Of a stretch of DNA of 54,447 nt, positions 22,663 to 31,025 are shown piece after piece. This DNA is from a virus (lineage: Duplodnaviria > Caudoviricetes), in the IMG/VR virus record IMGVR_UViG_3300006735_000044, positions 1 through 54,447 of that record; one strand, given 5' to 3'. Both the position numbers and the translations under genes were made by a program. Numbering within the stretch: position 1 is the first letter of the stretch; every line of letters begins with the position of its first letter. The notes below the pieces were generated by a model that worked only from the letters and a program-made list of their open reading frames with translations, was not told the DNA's origin and ran no database searches.

Positions 22663-23237
22663 TTAAAATGTTTATGCCCGCAATAATAGGAACAATCGCA
22701 CAAGAAGGTCAATCAAGTGGTGGTGGTGGTGGCGGTTCTTCTGCACCAACAAATGTAAGTATAGCAACATCTTCTAGTGGCAATTATGACAATGCAGTTG
22801 TAGTTGATGCTCAAACAGGAATTACTTTCTTTGACGATGATGGCTCAAACTTTGCAGGTGATAATTTAGGATTAACTTTTCAAATAAATCAAATGTCTAG
22901 TGCTTACACGAATAATGCGGTACAAGAAACATTTATTTTCAAAGGATATTGTAGAGCAACGGGGGCAACATCATTCCAATGGGATGTATCAATTGATACT
23001 TCAAACACAAGTGTAAATGGTAGTCATCAAATTGTAGGCACAGCCTCAACAAGTCAAGATGCAACGGGTACAAACGGGGCAGGTGAAAAAGTAGAATGGA
23101 CTTTTGCGGGTGGTAAAGGTGGTGTTCAATATCCTGAAAATGGTATGGCATTGGTAATGAAAGTAAATTGTACGGCCACTAACGCTCATGGCTCAACAGC
23201 CGCAGATGAATTAACAATCGAGTACATCTTTGAATGA
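22644..23237 (+). CDS. Tail fibre tip / receptor-binding accessory protein (likely start ATG 22668)
   Basis: GGGTGA SD before ATG 22668; short N-terminal peptide, poly-Gly linker (SSGGGGGGSS), then a beta-rich Ig/PKD-like domain; last gene of the + strand module. Confidence 0.55.
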   Translation: MDCTWVIKMFMPAIIGTIAQEGQSSGGGGGGSSAPTNVSIATSSSGNYDNAVVVDAQTGITFFDDDGSNFAGDNLGLTFQINQMSSAYTNNAVQETFIFKGYCRATGATSFQWDVSIDTSNTSVNGSHQIVGTASTSQDATGTNGAGEKVEWTFAGGKGGVQYPENGMALVMKVNCTATNAHGSTAADELTIEYIFE

Positions 23238-23310
23238 GATTCTTGTAGAAACTTTATATCTAGAAAGTGTAGAACAGAATAAAAATATCCATTAAAAAGT
23301 TTAAAATTTT

Positions 23311-23384
23311 AAAAAAAAATAAAAAAAAAATAGCCAAGCAGCCGGATAAACTAATCAATATTAGTTTTTTCCGACCACAAGGCT
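23311..23384 (-). terminator. Hairpin plus long oligo-T terminator at the convergence of the two transcription blocks
   Basis: Imperfect inverted repeat CGGATAAACTAAT/ATTAGTTTTTTCCG (flanked by AGCC/GGCT), followed on the - strand by T10-A-T9 (23311-23330). Confidence 0.65.
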
Positions 23385-23500
23385 TTACATTCTCTACATT
23401 CCCAAATTTTTATTGAGGATGCAGAACCTACATATATACCATGTATTCTTTTTGGTATAGTATGTATACCACATAAGAAACATTCTTCACGGAGAGTCAT
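23351..23500 (-). CDS. Zn-ribbon microprotein (49 aa)
   Basis: Manual translation MTLREECFLCGIHTIPKRIHGIYVGSASSIKIWECRECKALWSEKTNID*, two CxxC. Confidence 0.65.
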   Translation of the reverse strand: MTLREECFLCGIHTIPKRIHGIYVGSASSIKIWECRECKALWSEKTNID

Positions 23501-23642
23501 TACGCTTTTCCTCGTCAATTAATTTCTGCATATATTCTTCTATTGAAGATTCTGAATATTTAGAATTTCCAAATGCTGCGAAAAATAATAAAGATATTAT
23601 TATAACGAAGATAATCCATACCATAATTTCTACGGTATCCAT
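23487..23642 (-). CDS. Small single-pass membrane protein (51 aa)
   Basis: Manual translation MDTVEIMVWIIFVIIISLLFFAAFGNSKYSESSIEEYMQKLIDEEKRNDSP*; GAGGTGG SD upstream. Confidence 0.65.
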   Translation of the reverse strand: MDTVEIMVWIIFVIIISLLFFAAFGNSKYSESSIEEYMQKLIDEEKRNDSP

Positions 23643-23644
23643 AA

Positions 23645-24241
23645 TTACCACCTCACTTTTAAATCAATTATTTCTTCTTTGTTAAAAGATAGACATTTGA
23701 CAATGCCTTCTTTTTGACCATATTTCCATAAGTCATACACCAACTCACAATCCTTTAAACAATATTCTGCAACTTCCGAATATCTACCTGCTTTCCAAAC
23801 TGCGGGTGCATCAGCACTGTTCATTAGTTTTTCTGAGCCTAATGTATTCTGTGCCAAATTATCTAGTCTAATTCTCTCACCATGTTCTTTTTGAAGATAA
23901 AGGCTAGTATCTATGTACGCTTTATTATCTAAATATTTTTTAATACAATAAATATCTAGAGCATCTTTCAAAACTTTTAAATCAAATCCTACAATATTAT
24001 GTCCCAACAGAGTTCCACCTTTTTCAAAGTGGTCATCTAAATCAAACTTTAATTGTGATATTGGTTTAATTTGAATATTAGATTTTTTTAAATCATCTAC
24101 TGCTTTATCAATATAAATTGTACCGACATCTCCATCCCAAGTGCAAATTGTTGATACTTTAAACATATGAGTATTGTGCCAACCACCGATTTCGTGAGAT
24201 AAATTTTTAGTTTCTATATCTAGTGCTAGAACACTCATCAA
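23645..24241 (-). CDS. Stand-alone DEDD 3'-5' exonuclease (RNase H-like, PolB-exo/YprB type)
   Basis: ExoI ALDIET, ExoII GHNIVGFDL, ExoIII YCLKDC. Confidence 0.85.
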   Translation of the reverse strand: MMSVLALDIETKNLSHEIGGWHNTHMFKVSTICTWDGDVGTIYIDKAVDDLKKSNIQIKPISQLKFDLDDHFEKGGTLLGHNIVGFDLKVLKDALDIYCIKKYLDNKAYIDTSLYLQKEHGERIRLDNLAQNTLGSEKLMNSADAPAVWKAGRYSEVAEYCLKDCELVYDLWKYGQKEGIVKCLSFNKEEIIDLKVRW

Positions 24242-24477
24242 TCATCACCTGTAATATCTGACCACAATTCAGATAATCTGCTCTTTTCTGCTTCTGCGGG
24301 GTCAGGAGTTTTAGAAGATATATTCTTTGTTAACCAAAGACATAATTTACTACCACCAACAGGTAGCATTGAACTAGGCCACCATCCTTCTTTTCCTAAT
24401 GTATTGATTGACTCAGTTATAGTTTTAGGACCATCCTTTACATCAAAAATAATGTATTGTGTTTCAAATTTTTCCAT
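24238..24477 (-). CDS. DUF4177-like small protein
   Basis: INTLGKEGW resembles the LNxLGxEGW signature. Confidence 0.5.
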   Translation of the reverse strand: MEKFETQYIIFDVKDGPKTITESINTLGKEGWWPSSMLPVGGSKLCLWLTKNISSKTPDPAEAEKSRLSELWSDITGDD

Positions 24478-24487
24478 CGGTATTCAC

Positions 24488-24766
24488 TTACTCCGTTGAG
24501 TGTATCGCATCACTTAGAACAGACATTGCTGCATAAACATTGTCATGATGAGTAGATTTCTTAGCACGATTGATTACACCATCAACAACTTTTCTTTCGC
24601 TGTGGGGCATTAAATAATACCTACCATACAAAAACTCTTCACTGTCTTTATCTCTACCCTTAATTAAATCAACAAACCTTTGCAATTCGTTAAATGACTT
24701 TTGTAGGAAATAGTATAGTTCTAAATCCTCAAAGGCAAATTCTTTTATTTCTTTCATTGTTTTCAT
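24488..24766 (-). CDS. Hypothetical protein
   Basis: ORF coupled to helicase by ATGA overlap, GGAGG SD. Confidence 0.6.
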   Translation of the reverse strand: MKTMKEIKEFAFEDLELYYFLQKSFNELQRFVDLIKGRDKDSEEFLYGRYYLMPHSERKVVDGVINRAKKSTHHDNVYAAMSVLSDAIHSTE

Positions 24767-26235
24767 TTCTTTTCCTCCTTTAGTTTAACGTAGACTTTCT
24801 TATGTACTCGGTTCTCTTCAAAATTATTTTCAATTTTTCTCCACCATTTGTAAATTGTACTACTGCCTTTTCTTGTTTTTACACGCACTTCCGCTAGTAA
24901 CATTGTTTTATTTACCCAACCGTCATTATCTTTTAGTTCTAAATATGATTCTTTGAACGCACCGATATTGGCTCTTTCTTGCAGAGTCTCCTTTTGTACC
25001 TTTAGGGCTACGTCTAACCACGATACGAGACTCTTATAACATTGACGGACTAATGAAGATGCTTGTAAAACGTGATTACTGTTCACAATATACCGTTTAG
25101 ATTTATCACGAATACTTGGCGCTTCTGCTATACAGCATAATACTGACATCCTAATTATTTGATTGTTCATTCTAGTGATAAAATTATTTGCAATCTCAAA
25201 AACTTCAGGTCTACTATCTGCTACATATGCTTTCATATTTTCATATTCACGCATTAATGCATCAGTATAGTCTTCTGAATAACTAACAACTGCTTTAGGA
25301 TTTTCATTTACTTCTTTAAATCTTTCATCTAAAGTTTCATAAATTTTAACAAATCCATTTGCAAACTTATTAACGGGTGCAATTCTATTGACTTCTTTAC
25401 CTACTTCTGATATTACTGATTTTCTTATTTCATCTTGTATTTCAGGTGGCACTTCCCAAATAAATATTAACATTCTTTGTAGTACACCCTTTTCTGCAAT
25501 AACTACTGTCAGTCCTTTAGGGATATAAGAAGTAGCATAAGGAGAACGCTTACTATCACAAATAATATTCTCATCACCATCTTTTAATTTCTTTTTAATT
25601 ATATAGTTCTCACCATGAATACTATTCATTAATTTGTTTAAGTATAGGATAATGTTTTCCTTGTGTTGAGATTGTTTGAATACACCTGAATACTCAAACT
25701 CATCATAAACAATAAGCCCATCACCTTCAAACGCTCCTTTAGTCTGAACATCTACATAAACAGTACGAGTATTACCATCTTCATCCTCAACAACTTCTTG
25801 CTCTTGTTTCATAGAACCTATTAGTGCTGCATCTGTTGTTTCTGTTACATCAAAAATAGTAAAATTAGTACCATGCTTTTCATTTAAAATCTCAAATGTT
25901 TTTCTAGATATAGGTCCAAAGAAATTGTACATTTCTGATTTACCTGTACCTGAAGTCTGCAACCACAATACAGGTACTCTAGTATCTTCTCTACCTTGAC
26001 CCCTAACTATCACAACTTTATCTTTACATAATTGTCCTAGCAAATTAAATGCTGTAAGGGCAGCAGGGATATTATTATACTTTGATACTTGAATTGCATT
26101 TGCAACATATTCTTGTATGAAAGCAGGTAATCTAACCCTATGACTTTCGTTCCTATCCATATTTTCGTCTTCAATAAAACCATAATACACACTATCTTCT
26201 TCAATTTCCATCTTTATATTCTTTTCATTTTCCAT
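24763..26235 (-). CDS. MCM-like AAA+ replicative helicase
   Basis: Walker A LWLQTSGTGKS, TDAALIG (MCM SxAGL-like), Walker B IVYDEFE, Arg finger LQRM, C-terminal wHTH-like region; next to primase and nucleases. Confidence 0.7.
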   Translation of the reverse strand: MENEKNIKMEIEEDSVYYGFIEDENMDRNESHRVRLPAFIQEYVANAIQVSKYNNIPAALTAFNLLGQLCKDKVVIVRGQGREDTRVPVLWLQTSGTGKSEMYNFFGPISRKTFEILNEKHGTNFTIFDVTETTDAALIGSMKQEQEVVEDEDGNTRTVYVDVQTKGAFEGDGLIVYDEFEYSGVFKQSQHKENIILYLNKLMNSIHGENYIIKKKLKDGDENIICDSKRSPYATSYIPKGLTVVIAEKGVLQRMLIFIWEVPPEIQDEIRKSVISEVGKEVNRIAPVNKFANGFVKIYETLDERFKEVNENPKAVVSYSEDYTDALMREYENMKAYVADSRPEVFEIANNFITRMNNQIIRMSVLCCIAEAPSIRDKSKRYIVNSNHVLQASSLVRQCYKSLVSWLDVALKVQKETLQERANIGAFKESYLELKDNDGWVNKTMLLAEVRVKTRKGSSTIYKWWRKIENNFEENRVHKKVYVKLKEEKK

Positions 26236-26237
26236 TT

Positions 26238-26948
26238 TTATATCACCTGCTTTTCTTCAGAGTTGAGAGTGTCTATTACTCTCTTTGCTAATGTACTTCC
26301 AAATCCATCTATCATAGACATTTCCTTGATACTTGATTCACCTATCTCCATAATAGAACCATATTCATCTATTAACATTTGAGCCTTTGTCTCACTGATA
26401 CCTTTTATGGTCATTAATACATCAATACGCAAATCTGCTGTGCTGATTTTCTTTTGTTTAATTATTCTAGGTTGATAAACAGACCTATCAATTGGCTTCA
26501 TTTTGCATACAGCACATATGACTTTAGCCGCCATTTTTTCATTATCTACTAATATTATGTTACAATCAGTATCTAATATTATTTTACCTATTGCACCCAT
26601 GAACTTATTGTGTAGAAAACTAGGTCTTCCATAAGTACCATTGGTGACTCTTTTACGATATTCTTTGATAGCCTTATCAAGACTTCCATAAATAATTACA
26701 TTATTATTTTCAAATGCTCTATCCATGTTATCAATTTGACTCCAAATTCTTTTGTTGATTACAGACTGTAAGAAATCAAATGAAGATTTTGCCTCAAAAC
26801 AAACATCATCAAACACATAATCTCCTATCTCCAACCACTCTTTTTGTGTATCAATCTTAAGCCCAAGTGCTTCTATTTCAACACATTCAGTCAAAGAAGA
26901 GTTTTCTCTACTATCAATTATCAACTTCATTCGTGATACCTCCAACAT
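26238..26948 (-). CDS. ERCC4/XPF (Hef-like) structure-specific nuclease with HhH (likely start 26930)
   Basis: IIDSRE, GDY, FEAKS..D motifs plus two HhH motifs (IKGISETKA, IDGFGSTLA). Confidence 0.85.
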   Translation of the reverse strand: MLEVSRMKLIIDSRENSSLTECVEIEALGLKIDTQKEWLEIGDYVFDDVCFEAKSSFDFLQSVINKRIWSQIDNMDRAFENNNVIIYGSLDKAIKEYRKRVTNGTYGRPSFLHNKFMGAIGKIILDTDCNIILVDNEKMAAKVICAVCKMKPIDRSVYQPRIIKQKKISTADLRIDVLMTIKGISETKAQMLIDEYGSIMEIGESSIKEMSMIDGFGSTLAKRVIDTLNSEEKQVI

Positions 26949-27949
26949 TTACCTACACAATAGCCTTGCGGAATCAAAACATTATAACAACTTGGTGCAT
27001 TGTATCCTTTATTTACGATACCCCATACATAGTTTTTAGTCTTATTATAATCCCAATCTAACCAAACATCGTCTTTTGATGCAATGTGTTCTAGTTCAGT
27101 CATAATAGTTTCTGCAACTCCTTTCTTTTGTTCCAAGTTTAGGTTCTTATGCCCCATAGTTAGTATATCTCTATACCATTGAACTAAATATACTCTAGCA
27201 TAATGCCCCGGATTTTGAACCATTATAGCATTAAGTAAGCAGGGTATTATTGGTAATTTATTAATTGGTTTAGTACCCTCTATCTCTATATCAGACATAT
27301 CCATTGGTTTTACTTTAGGCCAACTAACTAATTTTGTACCATACTTACTTTGAACCAATCTAGGTTTCTTTGCTAATTCAGTAATGTATTCTAACGGTTT
27401 ATCTAAATCCTCCTTCAAGATAGGGATACAGAAATACGGCTCACCATTCTCATCACTACTACTCAAGTTAACTGTATTTGGTATTCTCCTTAATCTGTTA
27501 GTTTGTATTCCACTATCATCCAAAGACTCTAAGACATAGCCATCATTTTCTTTGATATATCTATACCATGATTGTATTTGTCTTATCTCATTAGCAATCT
27601 CACCATGCACAATAACATGAAATCCTTTACCACTAAAATACATTTGAAATAATATATCTTGTTCTAAAAAGTTTCTTGCTAAGAGTTGTAAATCGAGGTA
27701 TGCCCTACTAAGTGACATATCACCATGAGCGTCTAAATCTAAAAACGCTCTATCCTTAATCACAGAAGATTCTATCTTTTCCTTTTCAGAAAAGAACGTA
27801 AAATCATAGATAGTATAATAACAATTCATCTTGCCATTATACTGATTAATCCACTCTATCATTTCACTTTTATTCTTCACTATGTGCCGCTTCATCTGTC
27901 TTGCGTTTTTTAGATGGCTTCCCGCCCATACTTCCTTCGGATACTTCAT
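26927..27949 (-). CDS. Archaeo-eukaryotic primase, PriS catalytic domain fused to PriL Fe-S C-terminal domain
   Basis: FLDLDAH (DxD), SGKGFHV, RLRRIPNT; C-terminal PC...HYARVYL...YNAPSC...CVGKC as in PriL CTD. Confidence 0.85.
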   Translation of the reverse strand: MKYPKEVWAGSHLKNARQMKRHIVKNKSEMIEWINQYNGKMNCYYTIYDFTFFSEKEKIESSVIKDRAFLDLDAHGDMSLSRAYLDLQLLARNFLEQDILFQMYFSGKGFHVIVHGEIANEIRQIQSWYRYIKENDGYVLESLDDSGIQTNRLRRIPNTVNLSSSDENGEPYFCIPILKEDLDKPLEYITELAKKPRLVQSKYGTKLVSWPKVKPMDMSDIEIEGTKPINKLPIIPCLLNAIMVQNPGHYARVYLVQWYRDILTMGHKNLNLEQKKGVAETIMTELEHIASKDDVWLDWDYNKTKNYVWGIVNKGYNAPSCYNVLIPQGYCVGKCWRYHE

Positions 27950-28250
27950 TTTTAATCTCCTCCTTATTTTTATTATTACTAAAGTTTACATTCGCTGTAA
28001 GTAATTGTTCTTGTAATGTGCTTGCTACTTGCAACTGTATTTCTTCTGTTACTAGATTCTGAAAGAACATCCCAAATGACTGTATATTAGTTATATCTTT
28101 TTCCCATACAATAGTTAGTTTTTCTTTAGCATCTAATTGACCATATATATCTTCTGAAAAATCTTTTACCAATTGACTCATGTTAGTCAAATCTGCAAAA
28201 GTCCAATTCTTAGAACTTAATATTTGTTCTACTCTATCTTGCATTTTCAT
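27870..28250 (-). CDS. Hypothetical protein
   Basis: ORF in operon; overlaps primase start. Confidence 0.55.
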   Translation of the reverse strand: MKMQDRVEQILSSKNWTFADLTNMSQLVKDFSEDIYGQLDAKEKLTIVWEKDITNIQSFGMFFQNLVTEEIQLQVASTLQEQLLTANVNFSNNKNKEEIKNEVSEGSMGGKPSKKRKTDEAAHSEE

Positions 28251-28444
28251 TTGTGCATCTCCTTATCCATTTTCATAAATGTTTTATCGGTTGCTTGACC
28301 GTATATTACATCCATAGCAAATCCTTCCTCATGTAAAGCACCCATAGCCATTGCTAATCTTTCTGCAAAATGAGGTGGTGGATTACAAGGGTCATTACTA
28401 TCTGTTGTATATCTAAATGCTACTGTAAAATATGTCTTATCCAT
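28247..28444 (-). CDS. Hypothetical protein
   Basis: Tightly packed ORF with GGAGG SD. Confidence 0.55.
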   Translation of the reverse strand: MDKTYFTVAFRYTTDSNDPCNPPPHFAERLAMAMGALHEEGFAMDVIYGQATDKTFMKMDKEMHK

Positions 28445-28801
28445 TTACTCTTCCTCCATTTTTTTAATCATTTTTTTCCTAAGCATATCTCCTTGATGTG
28501 CATAGCCTAACATTGAACCTCTGCGAAGTAATGTTATCATAACGTGCCATTCCCAATCAGTAAGCCACTTGGAATTAGCCGTAACTAAGAAAGAAACCAT
28601 ATGTTTTGTTAATGTACCAGTTATTATGTGACCTACTGCTTCTGAATTACCACAATGGCAACAGACCATAGTAGTATTATCAAATCTTGATATAGCCTCT
28701 CTCGCTTGATAATTTGCATCATCTCTCAAAGGGATACTACATATAGGGCAGTTATCTTCTTTAGCATTTTGATTATCCGGTGGATATCTTAAATCTCTCA
28801 T
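28445..28801 (-). CDS. Zn-finger protein
   Basis: CPIC...ISRFDN...CCHCG..EA; GGTGA SD. Confidence 0.6.
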   Translation of the reverse strand: MRDLRYPPDNQNAKEDNCPICSIPLRDDANYQAREAISRFDNTTMVCCHCGNSEAVGHIITGTLTKHMVSFLVTANSKWLTDWEWHVMITLLRRGSMLGYAHQGDMLRKKMIKKMEEE

Positions 28802-28862
28802 ACAATCACCTTTCTTTTAGGATAATACATACTACCCTGATTATAAAATATATCTATCATTT

Positions 28863-28922
28863 TCATTTTTTATTCCTCTCTCTATATTCTTTTTTTCTTC
28901 TAAAGTATTCTTTCCATTTCAT
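28863..28922 (-). CDS. Highly basic 19-aa micro-ORF
   Basis: MKWKEYFRRKKEYRERNKK*, abuts Cas4-like stop and overlaps the next ATG (a 22-aa ORF, 28798-28866). Confidence 0.35.
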   Translation of the reverse strand: MKWKEYFRRKKEYRERNKK

Positions 28923-28924
28923 AT

Positions 28925-29818
28925 TTAATTCCACCCATCATTTGTTGCAGCAGGACATATACCATAAAAACTACAATTGATACAAGTTTTAGCATAAAAT
29001 TTAGCCTCAAAGTTACTTTGTTCATATGAATGTAATAGTTTTGCTATGCCTTTCATAACTGCTTTTTTACTAGACTTTTTTACTTCTTCAACATAAGTAT
29101 AATTTGAAGCAGGATAATACCAACCCCAATGCGTCATACTAATATCAGGGTCTATATTGTGTGATAACAAAGTTTCTCTAGGACAGTTTTCAAATAGTAT
29201 TTGATAAAAGGCCATTTCTTTTCTCATCATAGTCTTTTTCCAGTCTTTCCAACCACCTGTTTTTAACTCCATAGGAATATAACCTCCATCCTCTACATAC
29301 ATTCTATCAATAATACCTTGTAAGTGTACAACATAATCGTGTCCAAGTGTAAACTTATCACCCATAATATCTCTAGGTATTACGATTTCAGCATCTAACA
29401 TAATCTCATTAACAACAGGTAAGAACTCTTCTACTTTCTCTTCCATCTTAGAATCCATAAATCTGTTAGCATCATCAATCGCCATTATTTGATACATATC
29501 ACTATAATCATCAATAGGATATACACTCAAAAAATAACTAGCCAGTTCATCACCTGACAATGTTTCAGCCTTTTTGATATCTACATCTTTGAACCAATCT
29601 TCTCTAGCATTATGTATTATGCTGCCTTTTCTCATTACATCAGTTTGGTCTATCGGCATCCTTAGTGGATACTGATATTCATATCTTTGAGGACACCATT
29701 GAAAAGAACCTAAAGAAGATTTAGAAATCTTCAATATTGGTTCTGTTCTGTCCTCACTGTCTTCATATTGTTCTGCATTCCATTGGTATGTGTATTCATT
29801 CATATTTTTTACCACCAT
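28925..29818 (-). CDS. Cas4/AddB-like PD-(D/E)xK nuclease with Fe-S cluster (likely start 29803)
   Basis: SKSS...CPQRY, GSIIH, GIIDR, ELKTG, and C-terminal CINCSFYGIC (1+3 Cys). Confidence 0.85.
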   Translation of the reverse strand: MVVKNMNEYTYQWNAEQYEDSEDRTEPILKISKSSLGSFQWCPQRYEYQYPLRMPIDQTDVMRKGSIIHNAREDWFKDVDIKKAETLSGDELASYFLSVYPIDDYSDMYQIMAIDDANRFMDSKMEEKVEEFLPVVNEIMLDAEIVIPRDIMGDKFTLGHDYVVHLQGIIDRMYVEDGGYIPMELKTGGWKDWKKTMMRKEMAFYQILFENCPRETLLSHNIDPDISMTHWGWYYPASNYTYVEEVKKSSKKAVMKGIAKLLHSYEQSNFEAKFYAKTCINCSFYGICPAATNDGWN

Positions 29819-30726
29819 TCATCTAGTGTTCTTTGATGTACGTCTTTTGTTATTTTAGATGTATCCCAATCCATAGCATCAAATATTGGGCTTGCTTTTT
29901 TAACAACTGATTGAGCATAATGTTCCCAATCAGGTGTAATTGTTTTAAAATCCTCTTCTGTTAATCCCGCCATATAATTAGGAACAAATGAGTTCCCTGT
30001 TATTGGGTGATTAATCATAGATGGATAGTCTTTCATTTTAAGATACAAGTAAGTATCTTCTATTGGTGTAGTGTTAGTTTTATTGTACATTAGTACTCCC
30101 AATATACCTGCACCAACCGTAGGTCTTTTCTCTGCTGAAGCCCAACCTTTACCACTTCTTTTGGCAGTGGTCAGTGCAGATTTGTTGCTATCAGGAAGAA
30201 CGCAGTTACATTTAGTATCTTCTAAATGATATGATTTTTTGCATGCAGTACAATAAACATGAAATCTTTCTTCTTTGTATCTACTACGCTTTAATATTTT
30301 ATCAAGGGTTAATCTACCTTGTAACGTATCTTGATAAATAGATACTAAATAATCTAGTATTTCTTCTTCTGAATTATTCAATACCCACATTTTCAAAACC
30401 TTTATTTGTACCTCTTTCGCAAGTGCTGTTTCTGATATTCTTTTAGCGGTAAAGCCCGTCATAACAAACTCTTTACTTTCTAAGAAATCACCATCTTTCC
30501 AAGAAATCATACCTGCATTTCTGTTCTTTGTTGCACCGACTCCCAATGTTTCAAAATACTTTTCAAACTCTAGTGTTACAGGATGTTCTTCTAATCCTAA
30601 AATATTAGGAAAGTATTCTCTTACAGACTCATTCAACATAGCACAAATCTCCTCTGCTTTTTCAATACTTTCACACTTGACATAAATAGAATCAGTATGA
30701 CCATAAACTACTTTCATTTTCTCCAC
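29809..30726 (-). CDS. polB: Family B DNA polymerase, C-terminal subunit (motif C, thumb; likely start 30717)
   Basis: YGHTDSIYV (variant YGDTDS), LEFEK, KNRNAG, GF..KR, Cys-rich insert, C-terminal PIP box QRTLDEWW. Confidence 0.85.
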   Translation of the reverse strand: MEKMKVVYGHTDSIYVKCESIEKAEEICAMLNESVREYFPNILGLEEHPVTLEFEKYFETLGVGATKNRNAGMISWKDGDFLESKEFVMTGFTAKRISETALAKEVQIKVLKMWVLNNSEEEILDYLVSIYQDTLQGRLTLDKILKRSRYKEERFHVYCTACKKSYHLEDTKCNCVLPDSNKSALTTAKRSGKGWASAEKRPTVGAGILGVLMYNKTNTTPIEDTYLYLKMKDYPSMINHPITGNSFVPNYMAGLTEEDFKTITPDWEHYAQSVVKKASPIFDAMDWDTSKITKDVHQRTLDEWW

Positions 30727-30815
30727 CTACTACTATTGAACCTACTCATCAGTGTAGATATTTTACCTATTACATATATTATTCTCATTAACATTTTATC
30801 TGTCATAATTATCAT
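30714..30815 (-). CDS. 33-aa micro-ORF between polB halves
   Basis: MIIMTDKMLMRIIYVIGKISTLMSRFNSSRWRK*; ATGA overlaps at both ends. Confidence 0.45.
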   Translation of the reverse strand: MIIMTDKMLMRIIYVIGKISTLMSRFNSSRWRK

Positions 30816-30901
30816 TCCTTACAATTTTCACATCTTCTTCTTCTGTCGTGCTTCCAAGTTACTTTGGTTTTGCACCATCTACATATTAATCTATTTCTCA
30901 T
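30812..30901 (-). CDS. 29-aa Zn-finger micro-ORF between polB halves
   Basis: MRNRLICRWCKTKVTWKHDRRRRCENCKE*, two CxxC. Confidence 0.55.
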   Translation of the reverse strand: MRNRLICRWCKTKVTWKHDRRRRCENCKE

Positions 30902-31025
30902 TGATATTACCCCAACATTCTTCACAGCATATACCGCCCTCTTCTAATGTAAATGCATTATTCGTTTTATGAAACTTACACAATTTACATTTAAATATTT
31001 TATTAATAAATATTATTTTGCCTAT
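30891..31025 (-). CDS. 44-aa Zn-finger micro-ORF with non-canonical (ATA?) start
   Basis: IGKIIFINKIFKCKLCKFHKTNNAFTLEEGGICCEECWGNINEK*; GGAGG 7 nt upstream of ATA; no ATG/GTG in frame. Confidence 0.4.
   Translation of the reverse strand: MGKIIFINKIFKCKLCKFHKTNNAFTLEEGGICCEECWGNINEK

Noticed and set aside
276-23151. Minus-strand and alternate-frame ORFs inside the tail genes (e.g. 9244-9597, 15975-16427, 16668-17087)
   Set aside because: Shadows of the codon bias of long + strand genes; no SD motifs or recognisable domains
28925-29818. Cas4-like gene as a sign of CRISPR-Cas
   Set aside because: No cas1/cas2 or repeat-spacer array is visible; solo Cas4-like nucleases are common in viral replication modules
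30718-31021. Intein, intron or pseudogenisation explaining the polB split
   Set aside because: No intein terminal residues or endonuclease; both halves keep their motifs and have their own SD/start; the gap is filled with coupled micro-ORFs
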